From Proteromonas lacertae (taxonomy: Eukaryota), in NCBI GenBank assembly GCA_002245135.1, contig NGBS01001170.1:124001-179101 (forward strand): DNA of 55,101 nt, given 5' to 3'. Numbering within the stretch: position 1 is the stretch's first letter; each line of letters opens with the position of its first letter. Shown in pieces: positions 25,746-38,875 of this stretch. Position numbers and translations under genes: made by a program. The notes below the pieces were generated by a model that worked only from the letters and a program-made list of their open reading frames with translations, was not told the DNA's origin and did no database searches.

Positions 25746-26159
25746 GATCTTTATATCCATACTTATCAATAATGTTATATGAAACACATTTAGTATATAC
25801 ATCATTAAAGAATGATAAAGATAGTTGGATTAATAAATGCTTAGTTGAAAATGAAATATTGAAACAATCTTTGACTAATGAAGAATCTATGGGTGATTTA
25901 AGAGCTATTCATATCACCAGTTGGACTACTACTCAACAGTATTTATCTCAAAGGTTTATTCCAACTTCAATGTATCGATTTAATGTATGAAATTATTATA
26001 TATTTCATTTTTTTATTTTATTGTTATTTAGGAACCTTTAAGTGATATGCCAGGAGATAGTGACAGTGATTCAAGTGATGAAGGTGATGATGAACCACCA
26101 GAGTATATATTTATTGTTATTATTTTTGATATAGTTTGGTTTCTATCAATGAATCTTAA
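23538..26159 (+). CDS. SAPS-domain (SIT4/PP6 regulatory subunit)-like protein, multi-exon, with two apparent 1-nt frameshifts (~24060, ~25148)
   Basis: PFTILRLELLTII..LSDWLVLYPHNNMYHSIF resembles the SAPS LGxxRL..F.YPWNNFLH motif. Confidence 0.65.
25701..25743. repeat. (ATT)n microsatellite inside an intron
   Basis: About 14 ATT units; similar (TA)n and (TTA)n runs lengthen several other introns. Confidence 0.9.
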
Positions 26160-26279
26160 AACAGTGATGATAATTATAAAAAGAAGTTTATTATATTAAC
26201 AATGATATAATATTATGAAAGTGATTTATTTAGGGTGTGTGTTTTTAAAAAATAAAATAACCTATAAATAGAAATGAGT

Positions 26280-27478
26280 TTAATTATCTTGGTCATTGTG
26301 AAGAAATATATTTGGATAAAAGAATAACCCTTCTATACTCTTATCTCTACACAAGTAACCATATTTTTCTCCCATAATTAGCATATTATTGGATAATGTA
26401 GTTGGAATATTCCATTTTTCTGATAAATCATAAACAGATATAAACTTCATTTGATTATTCTTCATATAATTCAATATCGTTTTACCAACTATTTCATCTC
26501 CAAATTCTTTAGATCTCATAACAACAGCGTTTATAGGAGATTTATATTCATATAATTCATAAGCAAATGTAGTATCATCACTCAATCCTTTCAGTAATTG
26601 AAGAAATTCAGCTGGTGAATAAATCTCATAACTTTTAATATATCTTTGATATAAACCATACAAACTAATGGTAGATATAATACCATTTGAATTTTCAATT
26701 AATTTATTGATGATACTTCTTGAATCATTATTATCTTTTGGAATATCCAATTTATCATAATTGAAAAAATCAGTATTCTTCAGTTGATGAGAATTTACTT
26801 CATTACCTATATTCTTATCAATTTTACTAACCAAATTATTGAACGATTGAATTGCATTTATAGCATTTTTCTATTCATTTATATATATATATATATATAT
26901 CAATAAATATACATACTATTTTATCTTTAGCTTGTTTTAAGTCTTGAATTGTATCTAAACTACTGTGAGCTAAAGATCTATTCATCTCTAATATATCAAT
27001 ATCATTATTATATAATATTGCATCTATTGTTGTAGGTACTGCTATTTTCTTTTCCCAATCTTTTGATTCTATTAATCGTTTCATTGTCTCATATATAGGT
27101 TGTAATTCATTTTTGTTTTCTGAAGTAATATGATAAGTTTCATTTTCACTTCCTACAACACTGTTAATGCTAATGTAAGTTTTGAATAATTTGGTTAAAA
27201 ATTCAACTGAGTGAATTGATGAATATCTCATAAAATAAACAAGTGGATCATTTTCGAAATTATACCAATAAAAACTAAAATTGCCTAGTAACAATGTCCC
27301 ATTTTCTTTTATAAATGATTTACTTTTTGTTTGAATCTTTATACCTCTATACTTACATACTTCTTGTTCATAAAACTGTAATTTGATTTCTAAGAGAGAT
27401 ATAGATTAATAACAGTATACCTTTTTGGCCAAAACTTAATCTAAGATCATCTTTATTCAAACCTACTGGTAAAGACAT
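26280..27478 (-). CDS. VPS36: ESCRT-II subunit Vps36 (GLUE plus EAP30 winged-helix region)
   Basis: C-terminal GYLCRDKSIEGLFFYPNIF is the Vps36 signature; three exons. Confidence 0.85.
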
Positions 27479-27651
27479 AAGAAAGAAAATAATTATGAAA
27501 TGGGTGTTTGGAAATTCTCACTTGGTCATAATTTTAAAATGTCTCTATCTCAATATATAAACATATACTGTATGTGTAGTGCTTTTCAAAACAAACAATT
27601 TGATATGATGAACCACTTAAGTATAAAAGAAGTTTATCTCTATTATATTTT

Positions 27652-28521
27652 CTATTTTCTTCTAGCAACTATATTATCTTTAGAAGTTTTTGTACAATCG
27701 AATTTTCGAATTATTTCATACCCCATATCATTAAGGATTTTAAACATTCTTTCAATTTCATATTTTCCATTTGCATCCTTACGTCCACAATCAGCTTCCA
27801 TATGAATAAACTCAGTTTTATGAGTTTTAAAGAATTCTTTACCTCCTTCCAGTAAATCATACTCAGCAGCTTCTACGTCAATTTTTATCATCGATATTTT
27901 AGTTGGTATTAGTGTATCAAATTCATCAAGCATTTTGACGTGAATTGATTCAGTATAATCGGTGTGTTTATAGTGTAATGATGAAAATCCCCAATTAGTT
28001 TTGGTTATTCTCATTGTTTGATTTTCTTCTCTCTTCCCTAATGCATAAGGATATATTGTTATTAGTTTTGAGAAATCAGGATTACTAAAAGTAGTGACTG
28101 TAAATGGGAATAAATTATTAGGAAGTGGCTCAAACGCATATACTTTCACTCCAGCTTGAGCAAATACAAATGAACAAGATCCAATATTAGCACCAAAATC
28201 TACAAACACACCTTCTCTCTTTCCAGTCAAATAAATATTGTATATATCTTGACATTCAGGCCATGTTCCATATGTTTTAATAAGATTTGACACATAATCA
28301 TTACTTCTAATCACCTGAGCGAACTTCATATTCGTATATTTAGTTTGTGTATAAAAATAAGATTGCTCATTTATAATAGTTGGTACAACTACTGAATGCA
28401 GAACTTTAATTGAGTTGTATGATGTGCTAGGAATGATAGTTGGATGCGTAACTTTTCTAAGAACGAAATAAAGCATACATGCTAGAAAAAGAACTATTGA
28501 TGTTAATACTATCACAATCAT
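27652..28521 (-). CDS. FkbM-family SAM-dependent methyltransferase with N-terminal membrane anchor (intronless)
   Basis: FVDFGANIG, VYAFEP, MIKIDVEAAEYDLLEG. Confidence 0.9.
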   Translation of the reverse strand: MIVIVLTSIVLFLACMLYFVLRKVTHPTIIPSTSYNSIKVLHSVVVPTIINEQSYFYTQTKYTNMKFAQVIRSNDYVSNLIKTYGTWPECQDIYNIYLTGKREGVFVDFGANIGSCSFVFAQAGVKVYAFEPLPNNLFPFTVTTFSNPDFSKLITIYPYALGKREENQTMRITKTNWGFSSLHYKHTDYTESIHVKMLDEFDTLIPTKISMIKIDVEAAEYDLLEGGKEFFKTHKTEFIHMEADCGRKDANGKYEIERMFKILNDMGYEIIRKFDCTKTSKDNIVARRK

Positions 28522-29179
28522 AAATTATTTTAAGGGGGTATTTTCTTATTTCTAGCTGTTATACTTTCATAACGTAGTATCTAAATATTATTATTTTATA
28601 TTCAAAATGGTTATTTGATAGGAATAATATTTCCTACAACCTCTTCAGTTGATCAGATCAGCTTTATGAGGTGATTTTACAGAAAAAAATAATTAAAACA
28701 TCGCAAATAACTTTCTGCATTTCAAGCAAAATAAATACATAATGAGTGTAACTATTCTTGAGTATTAATTAATCCAACAACTCTAGGTTTTATTCATACA
28801 GAATATTTGCTTGATCAACAGTTATATAATATTTATATATGCTATATTAAAGCTAATCCGCCTTATCCCATAAAATCTGTAATCCAAAGCATTTTACTAT
28901 CACAGAACCATTTTATAACAAATAAATAATCTATAAAATCCATATATATAGTTTCTATTGTGTTTAACTACCATTTTCGGTGATTTGTCTGTAGTTCTCA
29001 TTTTGCTATTATTATAATAAAATATCTTAATATTATATTTATATCCTATATATATATCATTTTTGAATGTCAAAACAACTTGAAAAAATATTCATTTCAA
29101 TTCTATTTTGAATACCGCCATTATTTTTAAAATCCCTCCCTTTCTATTCCAACAATAATATAATATAAAATTTATCTAC

Positions 29180-32100
29180 ATGGATATAGTTGATGATTTA
29201 GAACTAAATAATGTATTTATCTAGTATTAATAGTTAATTTAGATCGATTTTGCTGAAATAGATGAAATTGAGCAAACATTTATATCAAATTCTACTACAC
29301 AACAAGCGCCAGTAGTGATATCACCATCATTAAATTCTACAAGCTCCACATCTCAATCTCCTTTAATAGTCTCAAAACCTCAAAAATTTAACTACAATAC
29401 TACACAAAACAAGCAATCAAAGTCATCTATACCAAAAAATCCTATTCAACAACCTTTGCAAACAACTAAAGCTCAAGCTAATATAAACAATTTCTTTAGC
29501 AAGACTCCAATAATGCCTGTATTTTATCCACAACCTTCTCAACCTCCAGATCCTATTGGAAAACATGAAATAGATGTCGAAGCAGCAAAATCATACATGT
29601 ATTTATTCATTTCTTTATATATATAGATATCCAACCAATTATCCAGTAAGATCTTATCAATTAAGTATAGTAAAAACAGCTTTATTCACAAATACGTTAG
29701 TATGTTTACCAACAGGTTTAGGTAAAACATTTATAGCTGCAGTTGTAATGTACAACTTCTATCGTTGGTTTCCAACTGGAAAAATCATATTTTTAGCACA
29801 TACAAAGCCACTAGTAGCTCAACAAGTAGAAGCTTGTCATTATGTGATGGGCATTCCTGATAAAGTAACAGCTGAACTTCAAGGAAATGTATTACCATCA
29901 CAGCGAAGAAAACTATGGAAAGAAAGAAGGATATTTTATTGCACACCTCAGAGTTTTAAGAATGATTTAGACCAAAGGTCATGTGACCCAAGTGACTTTG
30001 TCTGCGTAATAATTGATGAAGCTCATAAAGCCACAGGTAAATTTGCATATGTTACAGTAATTCGAGAGTTATTAACTCATAATTCCAATATAAGGATTGT
30101 TGGTTTAAGTGCCACTCCTGGTAGTGATAATAATAGAATACAGTCTGTTATTGATAATTTAAATATAACAAAAATGGAAGTAAAAACTGAAGAGGATTAT
30201 GATGTAAAAGGATATATCAATCAAAAGCTAATGGAACCTGTAATAGTAAAAATGGATAAAGATTTAACATCATTAAAAGAGGATTATACGAGATTAATGA
30301 CTCCCGTTGTAAATTATTTAACACATTATCATGTATTGTGGGAGAAAAATCCAATAAGATTAACAAAAGGAATTATTTTAGAATGTATGAACCATTTCAA
30401 TAAGAATCCTCCTCCTGATACTCTTATTCCTCAAGAGAAAGTAGGTGAAATCTATGCTTACTTTGGATTATTGATGAGATTAGTTCATGTTTTTAGTTTA
30501 TTTGATTCTCATGGTTTGAATTCGTTTATTTTGGCATTAGAAAGTTTGAAATTACCATCTCAACCTGGTAAAAAATTAACAAAATGTCAACAGTTTCTGA
30601 TTAATACAGTAGAATATGAGCAATTAGTGAATAAAGCGAAATTCTTTGCCAATTCAAGTGCTAGTCATCCAAAGATGATTAAACTATTAGAAATCATCAA
30701 TGAGCATTTCCATCGAATGAATAATGGTAAAGAAAATGGTGAAGTGAGTGATACAAAAGTTATTATATTCAGTCAATACAGAGATAGTGTTAGTGAAATA
30801 ATGAAAGCCTTAGAATCATTAAAACCATTAATAAAACCAAGTGAATTTATTGGCCAATCAACTTCAAAGAGTAATGCCAAAGGTCAAAGCCAAAAAGAAC
30901 AACATGAAGTAATGATGAAGTTTCGAAATGGTGAATTTAATACCCTTGTAGCAACCTGTATTGGTGAAGAAGGTTTAGATGTAGGTGAAGTTGATTTAAT
31001 TATATGTTATGATGTAGTATTAAGTCCAATTAGAAGTGTTCAAAGGTTTGGTAGAACTGGTAGAAAACGAAGTGGTAAAGTAATAATGTTAATAAGTCAA
31101 GGAGCTGAATATGATAAATATACAAAGAGTCAAATCAATGCAAAGAAATTAATGAGCACTTTGAAGAAAGGAATGAATAGATTTAAGTTTCATAATTCTC
31201 CAAGAATGTTACCTGATAGCATTATACCTCAGATTATTGAAATGGAGTTGAATATTGAAGAGTATAAGTATTCACAAGTAGGAGGACATAATGGAAGTAA
31301 TAGAGATAATATACAACCTGCATTTATGAAAAATAATAATAATAAGGCAATTCCAATGTTGATTGATGATGATGATGATGATAATGATAATGATACTGCT
31401 GTTATAAGTGAAAATAATATAAAGGAATATTTGAATGTAAATAATGCCTATGATAAACAATGTAATTTACAGAAGATATTTATGGTTAATCACAGTAAAA
31501 GAAGTCATGTGTTAGTTTATATAAGTTCATTTATTACTAATGATATAGTCAACACAAGATATCCAAAAGAAAAGACTGATAAATGGATTACTAATCCAAT
31601 TACAGTATTTGATAGTAAAAATAATTCAATATTGAACTATATGAATAAAAAGAAAGTAAATAACAAAAACAATAATAATGAAGTAGTGGAAAGAAATATC
31701 TTGTCATTAGTTGATGATGATGGAAATGATGAAGAGAATAAAGAAGAATTTATTAATGATTTTAATAATCCAGTGAAGATATCAGATGAAATAAAGGAAT
31801 TAGTTCAATATGGAATGTTTGAAGATTTAAGAGAAGGATGTGATAGTTATCAAATGAAGAATATATATCAATGGTTATATATTGAATCTAAAAGCTGGAA
31901 AATAGAAGAGGAAAAGGAAATAGTTAAAGAAGAAAAGGTGAAGAATAATAAAATGGAATTAGTTGATGATGATGATGATGATGATTTAGTAATTGATTTA
32001 CCAACTAAATCTCAAGCCATGACTCGATCTTTATCAACAGATCCTGAAGATAATATCATTCTACCAAAGCCAAACTTAAAGTACATACAGGTCAATGATA

Positions 32101-35100
32101 ATAATAATTCAATATTATCATCTGATTCTCAAGATAATATTATTTTACCAAAACCCAATCCAAAACTATTAAAGAATAAAGTGAATAATGAAAATCTTGT
32201 ATGTGAAGTTATTGATAATGAAGATGATGATGAAGATAATAAACCATTGAATATAAATATTCAAAAAACAAGTCAAAACTCAATATTATCACTGATAAAG
32301 ATGAAGAATGAGTTATTATCATTGTTTTCACTAAGTCCAGAGATTGATAGTAATAGTAAAGAAACAGTTGTAAATAAAGAGATTGGTGATAATTTAATAC
32401 CTTCACCACCATCATCACCTAATTGTATAGTGAGTTATAATATCAGTGAATGGAGTCAAACATATGAAGGTGAAAAAGATAAAATAACAATGGAAGAAGA
32501 AGATGATAATAACAATGATGATGTTCAATTTGAATTAGATATTGAAGATATAATAAATATAACACAACAACAAGAACAACAATCTCAAAATCAACAGCAA
32601 CAACAGATAGAAGTGAAAAATGAAGATATCACTAGGAAAGAAGAAGAAGAAGAAGAAAAAGGATTAAATAAAACACCAATACTTAAACCACAACAAATGA
32701 AACAAGAAGAAGAAGAAGAATCAAATACTTGTAACTTTAATGATTTTTCATTATTAAATGATAGTGAATTACCAGATATAGAATCATCAATGGATTTAGT
32801 ACAACAACCACAACAATATAATAATAATAATAATTTCGATCCATTATTATCAGTGATAGATGATGATGATGATGGAGATGAAGATAGTAATGATTCAGTA
32901 ACATTTGATATATCAGTAAATATGGATGATATTAATAACATAGTAAATAAACAACAACAACAAATACAACAATATAAAGATAAAGATAAAGAGATAGTAG
33001 AAGATAATAGAATAGTAGTAAAGAGTGATATTGATCAATCAATAGTCAGTAATAATATATCATTATCTCATTCAAGTTATATTGTACAATTAGCTACAAC
33101 AAACACTATAAGATGTCCATTTTGTAATATTGAATTATTATCAATGAGAAGTTATGTTAATCATTTGAAAGATTATATTATGGAATTAGAAACAATTGTA
33201 GAGAATAATGAAGAAGAGAATATTGATAATGGTGATAATACAGTACCGAAGTGTATAACAAATGGAGACAATGATAATATTTCAATTATTGATATTTCTG
33301 ATGAATCTGTTATTACATTACCATCAAAAAGAACATCAATAGTAGAGAATATAAATCCAATCATTGAAAACAGTATAATAAATGATGAAGAAAAACCTAT
33401 TAAAAGACAAACTTCACCAGTAAGAATAGAAGAAAATCCGAATAAAATGAATAAAACATCATCACCTACTATCTATAAAACACCAGTAAAACAACCACAA
33501 CAATCTTATAGTTTTATAAAGATGGAAGAATCAATAACATCTTATATAAATGAAATATATAATACTTTGGATTTAGATACAATGACAGTAAGAAGAGTAA
33601 GAGAAATATGTGAAGAACATTTCAATACTTCATTAGAAGATTATAGACAAACAATTCAAACATGTTTGAGGAAATTAATAAGTGAAAGTCCAGCCAAACT
33701 GATTAAGAATAAGAATCAAATAAAAAAGTGTTTAATATGTCATAAATCAGATAATAATAATAATCAAGATGATAATGAAATATGTTTATTTGAATGTACA
33801 AAATGTGGAATAACTGTTCATAATACTTGTTATGGAATTGATAATAATAATTATAATAAGCCAAATATATGGTTATGTGATATATGTAAATATATTAGAG
33901 ATAATAGTAATGATAGAAATAATAGAGATAATAATATAAAGTGTATATTCTGTGGAGAAATGAATAATAATGATAATAATATGTTGAATGTTATGAAGTT
34001 ATCTAAAGATGGATATTTCACTCATATTGAATGTAGTTTGTGGATAAAAGAAGTGAAATTTAGTGATGATTATCATAAAATGCCAATTAACATCAAAGAT
34101 ATACTATCAAATAACAATTATAAGAATAAAACATGTGAAATATGTAAAAAGCAGATTGGTATATGTAGAAAATGCGATTTTGAAGGTTGTAATCACTATT
34201 ATCATATTAAATGTGGTTGGTATAATGGTTATTACTTTAAAGAAAATATAGAAGTAAATAATCAAAAAGTTTATATATCTTACTGTTTAGATCATAAGCC
34301 AATTAATAATAGAGTTAGTAGACATCCAATTCATAAAGTGATACAATTATCATCGTCACTATCATCGTCTATTACTACTACTCAAACACCAAATACAATT
34401 CCAAAATCACCTGATTTGAATATATCTTCATTTATTTCACCAATTCAACAACAACAACAGCAAAGTAATAATAATAATTCAAAATCGATAAGTCTTTCTC
34501 AATTCTCAGAGTTAAATTCACCTGAACAAAACAATGTTCCAGTAAAGAGAAGATTAAAGAAGAAATCTGAATTGATAAAAAATGATAATAATGAAGTAGA
34601 AAAACCTAGTAAGAAGATAAGAAAAGTAAATAAAGGTAATGAAATTAACAATGATTATTTAAGAAAATTCTTTGAAGAAGAAGCTGAGTTATCTGGAAAT
34701 GAAGATTTAGAAGATGATGATGAAGAAAAAATAGATAGAATATTGGCAACTAGTAAAGAAGATAGTTTAGATGGATTTATAGTGAGTGATCAAAGTCTGT
34801 CACAATCAGGAGTAGAAATCAATTATAATAGAATCAATGATAAATTAAATAACAAATCTTTGGATATTATTGATGATGATGCAGATGAAGAAGAATTAGA
34901 AATGGAAGAAGAAGAAGATAATAGTGGTAAAGGTAAAGAGGAATTCTCCTTAATAGATGATGATGATGAAGATGATTTAGCAATTCATGAAGGTATAAGA
35001 TGTAGTAAATGCAATATGAATCCAATCAAAGGACCAAGGTACAAATGCACTGAATGTAATAATTACAATTTATGTGAGAAATGTTATGATAAAAATGATC

Positions 35101-36378
35101 ATGAAGAAAGTCATGAATTTGATATATTTGATAGTCCTGAAGCTGAATTTGATGATATTAGTTATTGTAATAGAAAGAAACAATATATTGATGATGATGA
35201 TGAAGATAGTGATAATGTGGAGATATTGGATTATATGTGTGATAATCTTAAGAATAATAGGAACAATAACAGTAATGAGAGTGAGTTTATAGATACTCCT
35301 CCAAGACAACAATCTTCATATAGAAATACACATCAAAATCCATTTATGAATGCTTCTAGTTATTTGAAACAACAACAACAACAACAACAACAACAAAATC
35401 AACAATTATCTCCTTCTAGTCACGTTATTGCACAACAGAAACAAAGACCAATTGTTCATCAGTATCAATATAATCAATCATTATTATCATATCCACCACA
35501 ATTACAACAACAACAACAACAACAATATATTCCATCACCTCCAATTAAACCAAAACAACCAAATATTATAGACAATAATACTACAAAAGCATCTATTGTT
35601 ATTAATAATGATATTCATCAGATGTCAGTTAAACCAACTATTAATTCAATATTAAATCAACATTTTACTAAACCATCAAATCTAACTAGAGAAGTTGTAT
35701 TTACATTACCTCCAGAATCAACTGAACCAATTGATCCAAGTAAACAAACACTGTGGGTAAATATAAACCAAATAAATGGTGAAATAATCAATGAATTGAG
35801 AAAAACAGGATTATATAACTTAGATGTAAGATCATTCAATTATGAAGATATTATAGTAAGTCAACAGTTGGTAATATTGAGAAGAAATATTACTAAATTA
35901 GATATTAGTAAAGTGGGAGAAACTCTATTAGTCTTAAATCAAAAGTATAAGAAAGTTGTATTGATATTGGAAAAAAAAGAAACTGATCCTTTTGTCAGTG
36001 AAAAGAAGATTGATATTACAATGATTCAATTACTAAGTTACCCAATTCAATTGTTCTTTAGTTACAAACCTGAAGATACAATTAAATTGATAAATGACAT
36101 ATGTAAGAATGAGTTGAAGAATAAAATTACTGTTCCATTTCCTAGATTTCACTGTTATTACTATTTATATAACTCACCTTTGAATGTAGTGTATATTTCT
36201 ATACTCCTTAATAAGATGGTTGGAAAAACACTCTCAGATGTTATTAATTTGTATATTATATATATTTATTGATTATATTTTCAATAGAAAAGAATCTGAT
36301 TATAAAAGATTACTGCCAGATATGTCTGATAATCGTATAAAAAGAGTAATTGATTATTTTAATCACCATTATAATTAA
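29180..36378 (+). CDS. FANCM: FANCM/Mph1 DEAH helicase with DEK-C, PHD-ePHD, ZZ and a degenerate ERCC4-like domain
   Basis: YPTNYPVRSYQ, LPTGLGKT, DEAH, LSATPG, IGEEGLD, QRFGRTGRKR; FFEEEAELSG (FANCM-type motif); short 5' and 3' exons joined by GT-AG introns. Confidence 0.93.
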
Positions 36379-36574
36379 AAATACATCATATCCATGTGAA
36401 GAGATATTCTCTTCTTTTCGTGTATAATCATAATTACTTCATTAATCGTTTTGATATTTCTTTGTTTAGGGAGAATTTTAAATATGAGAGTGAAAAAGCA
36501 CCTACAATCTTTTTAAAAACAAAGAGAAATAAAAAATCGAATAACGACTATTTTATTTTTGAAAATCAAAAATA

Positions 36575-36978
36575 ATGGGATCAGCCTCAGGAAAACCAGT
36601 AGAAAATACGAAACCAATAGTTGAAACTAATAAAGCAACTGAATCAAATAAATCAAAAGTTCCTCCAGCACCATCACTTACACCAACACGTAAGCAAGAG
36701 AAAAATGAAAAATGTGAAGATGTTGTGGAAGCAATTACTCCAGTTGAAGATTTTGTATAATTATTTTCTTATACTTATAAGGTTGAGCAAATTGAAGCAA
36801 TAAAACCAGAGCCATTACCATCACAACAAAATAGAAGAATTACAAATCCAATAGTAAATGTGAATGTATATCTTATATTAGTTATATTTGATAGGAACAG
36901 CAAAATCTACCTGGCATTGTAGGAGATGAACCTCCACCACTTCCAATGGAACATGTGAGAGAAGCAGTGCTAGTGTAA
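36575..36978 (+). CDS. Small protein (~115 aa) with a myristoylation-type start (MGSASG), 3 exons
   Basis: Two GT-AG introns join an open frame ending EAVLV-TAA. Confidence 0.6.
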
Positions 36979-37156
36979 TAGTTTTGATTGAGATATATTT
37001 CCCAATCATACAAATAATCGATTAGTAAAATATTATTTAATTTTAATCCTATATATTTTTAACATTCTTGATTTTCAGATTTATATAAATAAGATTTTAG
37101 AGGAATTTAAATCTTCTCTATCCTTTTTCGATATTCGTCTAGATTCTCTCCTAACA

Positions 37157-38717
37157 ATGAAAAGCTACAACAAATCTTTGATTATAATATGCATATTTGT
37201 GTTTACAAATAACATTGGATCAATAATGTCATACATCTACCTACCTCACATTGTTCAAGATTTATTCCCAAGTGTACGATAAAATTTATAATCATATAAC
37301 AGAAAGGAGCATCGAATATAGGATTACCATTAGCTATATTACAAGTAGTACATAATATTGGTGGTTGTATCGGATCAATTCTAATTGCTTACTTATGCAG
37401 TCGTTTCAGTTATTTAAATGTATTAGTAATACTCTTTACAAGTATTTTTAACTTTAAAAAACTCATCATATAGTTGTATCTATGACAAATTTTGGAATGA
37501 GTATCCCATTCAATTATACATATTGCATTATCATTTATTTCATCTGGGGAATTTGTCAAGAGAATAATGGAATATATCGAACATTACTTGGTGAAGTATC
37601 TAATTCATCCAAATTAAGTATAAGCTTTATGTTATTCTTTGTATCATTTGGATTATCAACGTATATTACTTATATTTTCTATACATAGATCTATTGGTTC
37701 AGTATTAGGTGGATTTCTATCACAAGTATTCCACTTTAATTATGATCAACAAAACTATTCCATATTCAACGAAGTATAAACATCATTCTTAAACTTTATA
37801 GTATCCATATTTACTAACTGGATTAATTGGTTCAATCTTCACTTTAGTTGGTTCATTCACTATGTTATTTGGATATAAACACTTACCTGAAGAAATCCCA
37901 ATATCATCAATTTCATCACTAAGTAATTACTTTGATCTATTCAGAGATAGATCAGTAGTTTTGTTATTGATTATTCAAGGATTAATTCGTCTATTTATGT
38001 CAGTAATAATGACATTTATACCACTATGGTTTGTAGCAAGCAAATCATCAGGTGGATTTCTATTAATGCCATTCAATATGGGTTTAATAATGGGAATATC
38101 CGGTGTATTATCATTATTATGTCAAATACTTTTTAGCAGAAGAATAATCAATAATTTGGGTATTAAAGTAACAGCTATTTGTTGCTGCTTTGCATTAGCT
38201 GGTGTTGTTCTGTTTGGACCAATTATTAATAGATGTAATGAGAAGTATTCAGATACAGTCTTAATTGTGATTTTGACTTGCTTTATGTGTTCTATTCTTA
38301 CTATTTTCACAGTATTAATGATTTCTGTGTCTATTATGATTAATAATTCAGTGTTTCCTGAAGAAAGACATTGGATGAATTCAATGGTACAAAGTATTAT
38401 TAATATTGTTCAAATTCCTATATCCTTTTTCATCTATTTATAATTTCAATCTTTAATTCTTATAAGGTCCAATTATTGCTAGCGGTTTGTTTAAGATTAG
38501 TTATTCACACCAAATCAACTATGATTATAACTATATTGCATGGTCGGCTTGTAGTTTTCTATTGATTGTTTCTGGATTGTTGAACTGTATGATCCCAAAT
38601 TCAATTGAAAAGGAATTGAAAATGCCTAAAATTATTCCACCAGTTTACTCGAATTATCAACCTCAAAAAGAGAATTTGGATGATTTGGATGATGCATATG
38701 AAGAAACATACCTTTGA
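37157..38717 (+). CDS. Major facilitator superfamily transporter (ZIFL-like)
   Basis: About 12 hydrophobic segments; IFNEYPYLL, LWFVASKSSGG, SIMINNSV motifs. Confidence 0.8.
38420..38465 (+). other. U12-type intron, AT-AA, phase 0, 46 nt (MFS gene)
   Basis: Donor ATATCCTTTTT; branch-like TCTTTAAT 8 nt before the 3' end; splicing gives VQIP|GPIIASGLF in frame with ORF 38487. Confidence 0.82.
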
Positions 38718-38875
38718 ACCTCTTTAGAATACCCTAATAAATAATTTAAAATATTTTCTTTATTATAATACATTTATTTGATTGAAATAAAACAATCAAG
38801 CTTTCAAGCTTATTTTTTGAATTTCAATTCATTTCTTGTTATACAAACAAATAATTGGATTTATAAATTCATAAA

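Noticed and set aside
32047..32170. Short internal duplication DNIILPKPN twice in FANCM
   Set aside because: A small repeat in a disordered linker with no evidence of wider significance
31272..35839. Several short antisense or alternate-frame ORFs overlapping FANCM (likewise 10710-10940, 21701-21931, 25004-25345)
   Set aside because: They are shadows of low-complexity Asp/Asn/Gln/Glu codon runs on the coding strand
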